Assembly (NCBI GenBank): GCA_047602405.1
Contig: JASGHJ010000002.1
Coordinates: forward strand, 2,048,001-2,112,000
Length of the DNA stretch: 64,000 nt
From: Anaeromyxobacteraceae bacterium
Lineage (GTDB): Bacteria; Myxococcota; Myxococcia; Myxococcales; Anaeromyxobacteraceae
Direction: 5' to 3'
The notes under the pieces were generated by a model that worked only from the letters and a program-made list of their open reading frames with translations, did not search any database and was not told the DNA's origin. Below, piece after piece: positions 34,377 to 43,492 of this stretch. The position numbers and the translations under genes are program-made. The stretch's first letter is position 1, and each line of letters starts with the position of its first letter.

Positions 34377-34929
34377 CCACCGCCGCCTCGGTCACGTCGT
34401 TGAGCGGCTCGCCCCCGCTGCCGAGGAGCCGCCCGGAGAGCGTGACCCCGCCCTTCGTCGTCTGGCCCGCCCAGACCACCCTGCCCGTGGCGGTCTCCTG
34501 GAGCTGCACCGAGAGCGAGATGGTGTTCGCGGCCGCAGCGCCCTGGCGGACCTCGCCGTACTCCTTCACCGTCCCGGTGAAGATCGCGTCGGCCTTGAGG
34601 GTCTTCCCGAGCTTCATGACCTCCTCGACCGAGGGTGCCACCGGGTTCGCGACCCCCGCGATGCCGATGCCCCGGACCACCTCGCCGCCGGGCAGCACGT
34701 AGAAGGCGTTCGTGGCGAGGAGCATGGTCGCGAAGACGTCGCGCACGCGCTCACCGGCGAGCGTGTCGCGCGCGAGGTTCGAGAACGGCAGCACCGCCAC
34801 GGTCTTCACGGCCCCGAAGTCCATGTTCCGGTCCATGTAGGTCCGCTTCTGCGCCTTGGAGGCGGCGCAGGAAAGCCCCCCTGCGGCGAGGGCGAGAACG
34901 AGCGCGATGGTGGAGAGGCGACGTGGCAT
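34348..34929 (-). CDS. PelC/CsgG-like lipoprotein (OscF-like)
   Basis: Lipobox GGLSC; TVAVLPFSN...AGER; ADAIFTGTVKEY; ETATGRVVW. Confidence 0.78.
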   Translation of the reverse strand: MPRRLSTIALVLALAAGGLSCAASKAQKRTYMDRNMDFGAVKTVAVLPFSNLARDTLAGERVRDVFATMLLATNAFYVLPGGEVVRGIGIAGVANPVAPSVEEVMKLGKTLKADAIFTGTVKEYGEVRQGAAAANTISLSVQLQETATGRVVWAGQTTKGGVTLSGRLLGSGGEPLNDVTEAAVDDLLDQLFK

Positions 34930-34952
34930 GGGCTTCACTCCGGGTGGGTATC

Positions 34953-37167
34953 CTATCGTATCGCGACGAAGAGGTTCGTGATGAACGACCAGCCGTCCGA
35001 ATCGACCGACGGTCCACGCGTGGCCTCGACCGCATAGCTCGAGTCGATGTAGACCCCGGGCCGCAGCGTGAGCCGCGCCCCGGGGCCCCAGCTGCGCTGA
35101 CGCTCGTCGATCGAGCCGTTCAGCGTCTCGGAGTACCCGAAGCGTACGTTGAGCGCCCCGCCCCTCAACGGAGTCGCGTTCAGCGTGAACGAGGAGAGCG
35201 TGGCGACCTTGCCGGCCTCGTAGGAGCGGGCGAGCGAGCCGCCGAGCGAGAGGGCCGGGAACGGGGCCCAGGCGACGTTACCCTCGATCCGGGATCGCCG
35301 GGTCCACGGCCCGCCGTTCGCGCTGTTCGAGGCAACGGAATAGGACGCGCCGAAGGTGGCGGTCCGGTGCGGGGAAACGTCGCAGGCCACGCCCGCCAGG
35401 GCCGAGCGCGCGACACCCGAGCGCGCCCCGCGCCCGACGCTCGCCGCGCCATTCGTGGAAAGGCTGATGCCGTCAAAGGGCTCGGCGCGCATGAGCCCGC
35501 CGCCGCTCGCGCCCCAGGTGCGGCCGTAGCGGGTCTCGCCGGTCGTGGCGCCAACATTGAGGGAGCCCCCTGCAGTCGGGATGGGCTCGAAGTTGAGGTT
35601 CGCGCTCGCCTGGGTCTGGCCGACGTGCCCGTCCGCGCCCGACGAGTCGGTGCGCCCGAGCCGTGCGAGCCACGAGGCCCGTGGGCCGAGGCTGCGCCCG
35701 GCACCGAGCCCACTGGCGAGTGCCCATGTGCTCCGGGTGCCGTGCGTGACGAAGGCGCTCGTGTCGAACGCGAGGCCCCAGCGCGGGTCCAGGAGGAGCC
35801 TGAGGCCGGCGTTGAGCGTCCCTCCTGTTTCCCCACTGTGCCCCTTCACCTCGTCCGCGGGGCGCCCGTAGTAGGCCTGCAGCTCCGTGACCTGGAGCTC
35901 GCGGTAGGCCGGATCGCTCGTGACGCCGTCCGCCAGCGGGAGGGTCACGAGCTTCACGTAGCGGGCGCGCACGGTGGCGATCTCGGATCTCGAAGCGCGC
36001 GTCGAACGCGGGGAACGTCACGCGCCCGCCGGCCGCGGGGTCCACCGTCTCCCGCTGCGTCCAGAGGACGTTGTCGTCGGAGGTCCAGACGGTCCAGGCG
36101 AGCCGCTGCCAGACGCTCTCGGGGAGCATCCGGTCGACCCAGACGTAGAGGCGGTTGATCGGGGTGGAGGCGTCCGGGAAGCGCAGGCCCAGCTCCCGTC
36201 GGCGGAGCCGGTCGGCGAGGGGCTGGCCGTAGCCGAGGTCGAGCCCGGCGGTGCCCGTGAAGTCCCCGTCGATGAGGCGGGCGTTCGTGACGAGCCGCGA
36301 GGTGGCCTCCGTGGAGAGGTCGCCCGCGGCCGGCACGTGCGCCAGCCCCTCCGCCGCGAGCTGGAGGGTGAGCACCGTCGCGCCCGGCTGGGCGGCCACC
36401 CAGCTGTCCCGCCGCCCCACCGTGTAGGAGGCGCTGGCGCTGCCGCGGCGGTCCCAGAAGCGCGTGGACCAGAGTGCCGCGAAGCTTTCGCTCGCATCCT
36501 TCGTGGATATGCTGGAGATTTGGTCGTCGGACGAGCCGTAGCGGACCGACGCCCGCAGATCGAGGTCCCGGAGCTCGCGGTAGGCCGTGGCAACGGTCGC
36601 CGTAAACGTCTGCTGGTCGTCGGTCCGCCGCGCCTCGTCATGCCGGTCGGTGAGGCCGAGTGCGAGATCCACGGTGGGCCCGCCCTCCGGCCGCCAGCCT
36701 GCGCTCGCACTCCAGACGTCCCGCATTCGGATCGGTCCGGATCTCCGCGCCACCCCCTCCGTGTCTTGAGCACCCCAAGCCTGCTGGCGGTCGTAGGAGA
36801 GTTGGCCAGCGAGGATGGGTGGACCAAACCCGATCCGGAGGTTGCCGAGCCAGGTCTCTCGGTCCTGGCGCGTATCGAGGCCATCCAGGGACCCGTCCAG
36901 GTGGGCCGCCGCGAAGGAACCCAGGCCAGAGAGCGTGAGGTACGGGTAGATCGACTTGTCGAAGGTGAGGCGGTACTGCTGCGTGAGCGCGGCCTCGTCC
37001 TGCCTGTAGGCCGTGCCGTCCGCGCCGCGGGTCTCGTGTTCGGAGAGCCGGTACGAGGGCTCGAGCGTGAGCGCCCACGAATCGCCGCGCGCGAGCGCCG
37101 GCGCGGCCGCGAGGGCGCACCCCAGCAGCGCTGCGCAGGCACCGGGCGCGTGGCTCCGGACCCTCAC
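34953..37167 (-). CDS. Outer-membrane beta-barrel (OscE-like) with an inserted soluble domain, +1 frameshift near 35985
   Basis: Signal peptide; alternating amphipathic strands in ORFs 35473..37167 and 34953..35972. Span 3n+1; removing one C from GAGATCCGAG gives FEIEIATVRARYVKL. Confidence 0.72.
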
Positions 37168-38578
37168 CGCCGCTCACCCCCAACGACGAGCCGCCCGGGC
37201 TCGCCGGCCACGTCCACGAGCCCGAGCACCTGGCGCGCGGCGAGCCCCACCACCGCGATGGCCCCTCGCGAGGGGAGCGCCACGAAGAGCACGTTCTGCG
37301 CGTCGTCGAGGGCGAGCTCGCCGGGGACGTCGGGCAGCCGGACCCCACCCGCCGGGACGAGCGAGAAGGGGTCGAACAGAATCCAGCCGATCGTCGTCGC
37401 CCGCGGCCACCCAGAGGTAGTCGGTCCGCGGCTCGACGAAGATCGCGCGGGTCGCCGCGCCGACGTAGACGCGCGCCGAAGCCGCGCCTCCCGGGAGCGT
37501 GAGCGCGGTGACGTGGGGCGCGCCCCGGTGAAGCACGAACAGCCGGGTCGCGGCCCGGTTGAGCTGGACCCGCACCGGCTCCGCCTCCGTCGCGTACGTC
37601 GCCGCGACCGCGCGGTTCGGGAGATCGAGCACGGTCACCGAGGCCGAGCGCGCATTCGGGACGTAGGCGAGGCGGCCGGTCCGGTCGAGCTGGAGCCGGC
37701 CCGGCTCCTCGCCGGTCCGCACCCGGGCGAGCTCGAGCCCGCCGCGGGGATCCAGGAACGCCACCGAGGCCGCGCCCGCGCATGCCACCACGAGGCTCGC
37801 GCCGTCCGGAGAGACGAGGAGGTCGGCCGGCGCGTCGCCCGGCTGCAGCCGCTCCCGGGAGAGCTCGGCGCCGCTCAGGAGAATCCAGCACCTGCACCTC
37901 GTCGCGGCGCGGCAGCGACACGAACACCCGCTGCGACCTTGCATCGAGGGCCACGCCGCCGGGCTCGGCGTCGGTGCCGAGCGCGGCCACCACCTCCCGG
38001 CGCAGCCTGTCGACGAGGACGACCCGGCGCTCACCGGGGGTGAGCACCGCCGCGACGGCGGCCGGATTGGGCGCCTGTGGCTCGAACACCGCGAACCGGG
38101 GCGAGAACGCCATCGCGCCCTCGAGCGCGCGTGAGACCTCCAGCGAGGCCCACCGCACGAGCGGCCGCCCCGCCTCGATGGAGAAGGGCGCCTCCAGCCG
38201 GACCGGCTCTCCCACCGAGAGGTCGCTCCGCCCGGCGTCGCCCTGGAGCGCCGCACCGCGCGCCTGCACGAGGAGGCCCGCGTAGCTGCCCGCCGGCAGG
38301 TGGCCCCGCGCGAGGAGCCGCTGGCTGCGGGTGTCTCGCCCCGAGAGGTCCGAGACCGCGACCTCGAGCGGCACCGCCGTGCCGTCCGCCCTCACCGCGG
38401 CGACCGCGCCCAGGGAGAACGAGAGCCGGGCGGCGTCGGGCGGGAGCGGCTGCACGTAGAGGAGGAGCGTCCCCTCTCCGGCCCCGGGACCCGCCCGCCG
38501 CGCGGCGACCGTGGCGCAGCCGGCGACGAGCACGGCCGCGAGGGGCAACAGCGCGAGGCACAGCGTGGGCTTCTGCAT
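37164..38578 (-). CDS. Lipoprotein with a YncE/YVTN-type beta-propeller (OscD-like), two +1 frameshifts near 37883 and 37381
   Basis: Lipobox LVAGC; repeats EPGGVALD..RVFVS, SPDGASLVV, LAYVPNARSASVTVLD. Span 3n+2; both shifts are GATTC for GATC. The corrected stop overlaps the next GTG (GTGA). Confidence 0.75.
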
Positions 38579-38603
38579 TCCACCCTCCGTGTAGCGCGAA
38601 GCC

Positions 38604-38636
38604 AAAAAAAGGGGGCCGCCGAGGCGGCCCCCCTTC
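38604..38636 (-). terminator. Rho-independent terminator after omcS
   Basis: Minus strand gggggccgcc-tc-ggcggccccc followed by TTTTTTT. Confidence 0.85.
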
Positions 38637-38657
38637 TAACACACCATCAGGCCAGGC

Positions 38658-39971
38658 TTAGTCCTTCGCGTGGCACTTGTTGCACTGGCTGCGGGCCCAG
38701 GGGCCGAACGCGGTCGCAGGGCGGCCGTTGTACGCCGCCTGCTGCTGCGCCTGGCTGTAGCCGTAGTTGATCTTGTTCTCCGTCGTGGACGAGTCGTAGA
38801 TGGCCGCGTTGGAGGCGTCGGCGACCGTCATGAACTCGTTCAGGTAGAAGAACCGCAGCATGCTCTCGAAGCCCGACGCGTGCGCGCGGTGGCAGGAGAG
38901 GCAGGACACGTTGGTGGTCGTGTCCGCCGCCACCGGCGTGGCCGCGCGAGCCTTGAGGCCGTCGTACGTCGCGATCGAGCTGTCCGTGAAGCCGTACTCG
39001 AAGGGAACGAGCGTCGAGTAGCGATTCGCGGAGGCACCAAGAATGCCCGAGGTGATGTACCGGTTGTAGTTGTCAGCGATCTCGGCGGTCAGCTTCGCGC
39101 CGTTGCCAGCCGGGTGGCGGAGGCCGGCCATGCCGGAGGTGTAGGAGTTCTTGAGCATCTCCCCGTGGCAGTTCGCGCACCACTCGGAGGAGTTACGGCC
39201 GAGGGCGTACTGGGTCTGGGTCGTGCCCTCCGACCGGTTGTAGCTCGAGGCGACGACGGCGTCGAACACGGGAGCGGTGAACGCGAAGGAGCCCGTGAGC
39301 GACTTCGGCTGGTAGCCAACGCCGGCGAGGATGCGGTACACGCCGCGGGCGGAGACCCCGGCGATCGGGTTGGCGGAGTTCGTGTACGAACCCGAGCCGA
39401 AGATCGGGAGACCCGTCGAGGCGACGGAGCCGTCCGCGAAGCGGCGGTAACGGCCGTGCGGGTCGTGGCAGGACTGGCAGCCAAGGTTCGCGGCCGGGTA
39501 GGTGCCGCCCGGGGCGACCGTGAGCTCAGGGTCCGCGACGTAGCCGAAGTCCGCCGCGACCACGTTGTGACCGTGGCGCTCGCCGGGGTTGCCGTCCGCG
39601 GCGACCGTGCCGCGGATCGTCACGTTCATGGTCTTCTTCAGCCACGCGAAGTCGCCACCCGGGGTGTTCTCAACCGGCGTGGTGGTCGTGTCGTACGGCG
39701 TCACGCCAGCGGTGGAGATGTGGTAGCTGCTCGGCGCCGTGTCGGCCGCCTGGTGGCAGTTGAGGCACGAGCCGGACTGGTCGTTCGCCTTGAGGAGGTA
39801 CGGGCCCGTCCCCTGCGCGAAGGTGCGGCCGGTCACGTTCGGCGCGCCCTCGAACGAGTTGTGCATCGAGTGGCAGCCCTCGCACTCGGCGACGCCGCCG
39901 GAGTGGAAGGCGTACGCGTTCGTACCCACGAACGCGAGCATCGCCGCGACTGCAATCTTCATGAACTTCAT
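38658..39971 (-). CDS. omcS: OmcS-family hexaheme extracellular (nanowire) cytochrome c
   Basis: Signal peptide, then FHSGGVAECEGCHSMHNS; SCLNCH; PSSYHIST; TPGGDF; APGGTYPA; CHDPHGRYRRF; SEWCANCH; LRHPAGNGAK; CLSCHRAHASGF; ends CNKCHAKD. All match my recollection of Geobacter OmcS; 6 CxxCH. Confidence 0.93.
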   Translation of the reverse strand: MKFMKIAVAAMLAFVGTNAYAFHSGGVAECEGCHSMHNSFEGAPNVTGRTFAQGTGPYLLKANDQSGSCLNCHQAADTAPSSYHISTAGVTPYDTTTTPVENTPGGDFAWLKKTMNVTIRGTVAADGNPGERHGHNVVAADFGYVADPELTVAPGGTYPAANLGCQSCHDPHGRYRRFADGSVASTGLPIFGSGSYTNSANPIAGVSARGVYRILAGVGYQPKSLTGSFAFTAPVFDAVVASSYNRSEGTTQTQYALGRNSSEWCANCHGEMLKNSYTSGMAGLRHPAGNGAKLTAEIADNYNRYITSGILGASANRYSTLVPFEYGFTDSSIATYDGLKARAATPVAADTTTNVSCLSCHRAHASGFESMLRFFYLNEFMTVADASNAAIYDSSTTENKINYGYSQAQQQAAYNGRPATAFGPWARSQCNKCHAKD

Positions 39972-40046
39972 CTTGCTTCCCCTTGGTTGGTACTGCGGTC
40001 CCCTGCTTGCTTCGTTACTGCTGCTTGCTGCGCCTGTGATTCCCCC

Positions 40047-40070
40047 CGCCGCCCGTCCCACCGGGCGGCG
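40047..40070 (-). promoter_or_regulatory. Stem-loop in the intergenic leader of omcS
   Basis: cgccgcccg-tcccac-cgggcggcg; no U-tract on the coding strand. Confidence 0.5.
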
Positions 40071-40087
40071 TTGCTGCCTGAACCTGG

Positions 40088-41053
40088 TTACTGCGTGCTC
40101 GCTGCCGAGACCCTGAAGACGCTGACCCCGCGGTTCGCCCGCTGGGAGACGAAAAGCCGGTTGCCGGCCACGACGAGGTCGGTCGGGCCGACGAGGCTGT
40201 GGGGCCGGTTGCCGCGGTAGCCGAACTCCTTCACGAAGTTCAGCTTGCGGTCGAAGACGATGACCGCGTTCTTGAGGACGTCGGAGACGTAGATAAATCC
40301 GTCGTCCCCGCGCGCGATGGCAGAGAGCACCTGGAACTTGCCGGGGGCGCTGCCCTTCGTGCCGAATAGCATCGGCTTGCCTTGGGGCGGCGCGACGCAG
40401 GCCGCGAACATCGTTCTCAGCGTGAAGAGGACGTTCCCCTCCGCATCGACATCGAAGCCGCCCATCTCGGCCGAGGCCTTCTTCTCCTCGACCTTGCGCG
40501 GGTCGATCTCCTCGCCGGCGAAGTCGATCTCGTCGCGGAAGTCCCGCGCCGCGAAGACGGCGCCGTCGAGTCCGAAGCCGACGACCTTCAGCGCCATGAA
40601 GCTCGCGAGGTAGATGCGGTCGCCGCGCACCACGAGACCGTCCGGCTGGAAGCCCTCGAGGAAGCCCTTCGGTGCGCCGGCCAGCGTGAGCTCGCCCTTC
40701 ACCTCGCCGCGGAAGTTGCAGCGGGTGACGCGCCACCGCTCGGCGTTCACCGAGACCACCACGAGGTCGCCGCCCTCGAGCCCGGCGACGAGGCGGGGCA
40801 TCCCGAGCTCCTCGGAGGTGCCGAACGCGAACGTCTCCATGCCGGCCTGGTTGAAGACGCGGGCAACGCCGCCGGTGACCACCCAGAGCTCGCGGTTGCC
40901 GGCGTCCCAGGACAGCTTCGCCTCGGAGGCCTTGAGCAGGCCGGCCGGGCTCGCGAGGCCGTGGAGGTAGGCCACCTCGAACGCGCGGGCCGAGGCCGGG
41001 GCGACCGAGGTCGCGGCGGCGAGGGCGAGGGCGATGGAGGTCGTGGCGCGCAT
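40088..41053 (-). CDS. Secreted NHL-like beta-propeller protein upstream of omcS
   Basis: Signal peptide MRATTSIALALAAATSVAPASARA; FGTKGSAPGKF, IYVSD, EFGYRG, PTDLVV..LFVSQ. Confidence 0.82.
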   Translation of the reverse strand: MRATTSIALALAAATSVAPASARAFEVAYLHGLASPAGLLKASEAKLSWDAGNRELWVVTGGVARVFNQAGMETFAFGTSEELGMPRLVAGLEGGDLVVVSVNAERWRVTRCNFRGEVKGELTLAGAPKGFLEGFQPDGLVVRGDRIYLASFMALKVVGFGLDGAVFAARDFRDEIDFAGEEIDPRKVEEKKASAEMGGFDVDAEGNVLFTLRTMFAACVAPPQGKPMLFGTKGSAPGKFQVLSAIARGDDGFIYVSDVLKNAVIVFDRKLNFVKEFGYRGNRPHSLVGPTDLVVAGNRLFVSQRANRGVSVFRVSAASTQ

Positions 41054-41074
41054 CGTGTGGTGCACGCCCACCTG

Positions 41075-41090
41075 TGCATCAGGGAGGCCA
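41075..41090 (-). promoter_or_regulatory. sigma54 promoter of the NHL-omcS operon
   Basis: Minus strand TGGCCTCCCTGATGCA (GG-N10-GC). Confidence 0.6.
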
Positions 41091-41140
41091 ACCCCGATCC
41101 CCTGGTTTCCAGGGCTTTTCGGTTCTTCGATTACCAGGGG

Positions 41141-41186
41141 TGGGGGCTTTCACCCATGAGCACGTTCGGGTGGGGGAGATGCCCCA
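41141..41186. promoter_or_regulatory. Tandem UAS palindromes (30-bp period)
   Basis: TGGGG-GCTTTC-ACCCA (41141) and TGGGG-GAGATG-CCCCA (41171). Confidence 0.65.
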
Positions 41187-41381
41187 CCCAAGATCCCCCA
41201 ATCCACGGGGCGCCAGAATTGCGCCGCATCAGGTGCGCGCACGTAAACGTCCGTGTTCACGGAGGGACGACGGGAGCCGGAAGAGTCCGAAGGTGTGCGG
41301 CGGGAGTCACCAGGCCTGCCACCCCGGGGCACGAGGTCGAGCGCAACCCCGCGCGGACGGCGCGGTGCGCCTACCTGGGCG

Positions 41382-42377
41382 CTATCCACGGTGCGTGAAC
41401 GTACCGTCGCCCCAGGTCGCCTCGCGTACCACGTACAAGGGGCGCCCCTTCACCTCCTCGAAGATCCTCCCGACGTACTCCCCGAGGATCGCGAGGCCGA
41501 GCAGGTTGGCGCCGCCGACGACGGCCACGATGACCACGAGCCCCGTCCAGCCGGGCACGGTCTCGTGGAGGAAGTACTTGGCCACGACCGCGTACCCGCC
41601 GTAGCCGAGCGCGAAGAGCGCGGTGAGCGTCCCCACGAGCCCGATGAGCTTCACCGGCACGATCGAGAACGACAGGGCCGCGTTCCAGGCGAGCTTCGCC
41701 ATCTTCCAGAAGGGGTACTTCGTCTCCCCGTGCAGCCGGGCGGCCCGCGCGTAGCGGACGGCGGTCTGCGGGTATCCCACCCAGGCGAACATCCCCCGGA
41801 CGAACCGGTGGACCTCGTTCATCCGGAGGACGGTGTCGAGGCAGCGCCGGGAGACGAGCCGGAAGTCGCCGGCGTCCACCGGAAGCGCCGCGTGCACGAA
41901 GCGGCGCATGAGCCGGTAGAACGCCCAGGCCGTGAGCCGCTTGAAGGTGCTCTCCCCTGCCCGCTCCGCGCGCTGCCCGTAGACGACGTCGTAGCCGTCA
42001 CGGTAGTGGGCGACCATCTCGGTCACCACCTCGAGCGGGTCTTGCAGGTCGGCGTCGAGGATCACCACCGCGTCGCCGCGCGCCACCGCCATGCCGGCGG
42101 TGATGGCGCTCTGGTGCCCGAAGTTGCGCGAGAAGCTCAGCCCGCGCACGCGCGGATCCTCCGCGGCCCACCGCTCGAGGAAGGCCCAGGAGCCGTCCCG
42201 CGAGCCGTCGTCGACGAGGACGACCTCGCACGCGAAGGGCACGGTCGCGAGCCACGCCTCGAGCGCGGCCCTCAGGTGCGGCAGCCCCTCCTCCTCCTGG
42301 TAGACCGGGAAGACGAGGCTCACGAGGCCCGGCATCGGCCGGGGCTGGAGCCCGGACGCGGGCGCGGGGAAGTTCAT
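41382..42377 (-). CDS. GT2 GtrB-like undecaprenyl-phosphate glycosyltransferase
   Basis: VFPVYQEE, VDDGSRD, FSRNFGHQSA, DADLQDP, GDFRL, RFVRG, two C-terminal TMs, GEYVGRIFEEVKGRPLY. Confidence 0.92.
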   Translation of the reverse strand: MNFPAPASGLQPRPMPGLVSLVFPVYQEEEGLPHLRAALEAWLATVPFACEVVLVDDGSRDGSWAFLERWAAEDPRVRGLSFSRNFGHQSAITAGMAVARGDAVVILDADLQDPLEVVTEMVAHYRDGYDVVYGQRAERAGESTFKRLTAWAFYRLMRRFVHAALPVDAGDFRLVSRRCLDTVLRMNEVHRFVRGMFAWVGYPQTAVRYARAARLHGETKYPFWKMAKLAWNAALSFSIVPVKLIGLVGTLTALFALGYGGYAVVAKYFLHETVPGWTGLVVIVAVVGGANLLGLAILGEYVGRIFEEVKGRPLYVVREATWGDGTFTHRG

Positions 42378-43492
42378 CCGATCCACCGGTTGGAGGCGTG
42401 CACGACCACCGCCGCAGCCTGGAGCACCGTGCCCGCGCCCACGACCCACGGGAACGCCCGACCGAGCCGGCCGGCGACGCAGGCGAAGAGCGGGAAGACC
42501 ACCGCCACGTAGCGCACGTAGGACGTCATGCTGCCGGTGAGCGCCGGGATGCCCCCGACCACGAGGACGAAGACGAGCATCGCCCGGTCGAGCCTGCGCC
42601 ACGAGGTCGCGACCGCCGCCACGAACAGCACGAACGCCGCGCGGTCGAGCACGCTCGTCGTGAACCCGTTCCAGCTGAGCTTCACCTCGACGAAGTTGCG
42701 GGTGAACCAGTCGAGCGGGTGGAGCACGTTCGCGAGCGAGTTCTGCGCGAGGAACACCTTCTGGGCGTCGAACCCGGCGAGGGCGTCGCCGGTGGAGGCG
42801 TACAGGATCCCGAGGTACGCCGCGAAGCCGACCGCGAACGCGAGCGGCATCGGGAGCTTCCTCCAGGCCGGCCGCCACGCGGGCGCCAGGGCGGCGACGG
42901 CGACCGTCGCCGGCAGCGCGACCATGAGCCCGGTCGGGCGCGTCAGCGGCAGGAGGAAGGCGAAGGCGGTCGCGAGCCCGAGCTCGTTGCGCCTCAGATG
43001 GAAGAAGAGCCCGACCGCGAGCAAGAGGAAGAGCGCCTCGGTGTAGAGGAGCCCCGCGTAGAATGTGGTCGGAAACGCCACGAGGAGCAGGCACGCTCGC
43101 GAGGCCGTCGCCTCGTCGCGCTCCGCGCGGACGAGCAGGAACAGGTAGGCCACCGCGCCGAGGAAGGCCGCCGTGGAGAGCACGAGGCCGGCGACGAGGG
43201 CGTCGCCGCCCGCGAGCGGCCTCAAGAGCTTCAGCAGGAACGGCAGGAGCGGATAGAACGCGCTCGAGATGTGCTGGGGCTGGTAGCCCCAGTCGGCCAG
43301 GAACAGGTAGTGGTTCGCGTCCCAGGTCTTGAAGCACGAGCGGAGCGTCGGCTCCTCGTCGAACGGATACTGGAAGTTGGCCCAGTACGCCGGCTGGAAG
43401 AACGGCAGGATCCACGGGCTCGCGGCCACGAGCGCGAGCACGGCCAGCTTCGCGGCGAGCGCGCACGCGAGCACCTTCCAGAGCGGCTTCAC
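42374..43492 (-). CDS. PIG-V/GT76-like mannosyltransferase-family membrane protein
   Basis: WDANHYLFLADWGY, AFYPLLP, YTEALFL, TRPTG, RY...FPLF. Confidence 0.75.
   Translation of the reverse strand: MKPLWKVLACALAAKLAVLALVAASPWILPFFQPAYWANFQYPFDEEPTLRSCFKTWDANHYLFLADWGYQPQHISSAFYPLLPFLLKLLRPLAGGDALVAGLVLSTAAFLGAVAYLFLLVRAERDEATASRACLLLVAFPTTFYAGLLYTEALFLLLAVGLFFHLRRNELGLATAFAFLLPLTRPTGLMVALPATVAVAALAPAWRPAWRKLPMPLAFAVGFAAYLGILYASTGDALAGFDAQKVFLAQNSLANVLHPLDWFTRNFVEVKLSWNGFTTSVLDRAAFVLFVAAVATSWRRLDRAMLVFVLVVGGIPALTGSMTSYVRYVAVVFPLFACVAGRLGRAFPWVVGAGTVLQAAAVVVHASNRWIG

Noticed and set aside
32267..37885. Programmed frameshifting or phase variation in the osc genes
   Set aside because: No homopolymer tracts or slippery heptamers at the sites; the shared GATC context points to sequencing error
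39972..40087. GEMM-I (c-di-GMP/cGAMP) riboswitch upstream of omcS, as occurs in Geobacter
   Set aside because: No GGCAAAC...GAAA...GACGCAAA core was found here or in the other cytochrome leaders by eye; an Infernal search would be needed to exclude it fully
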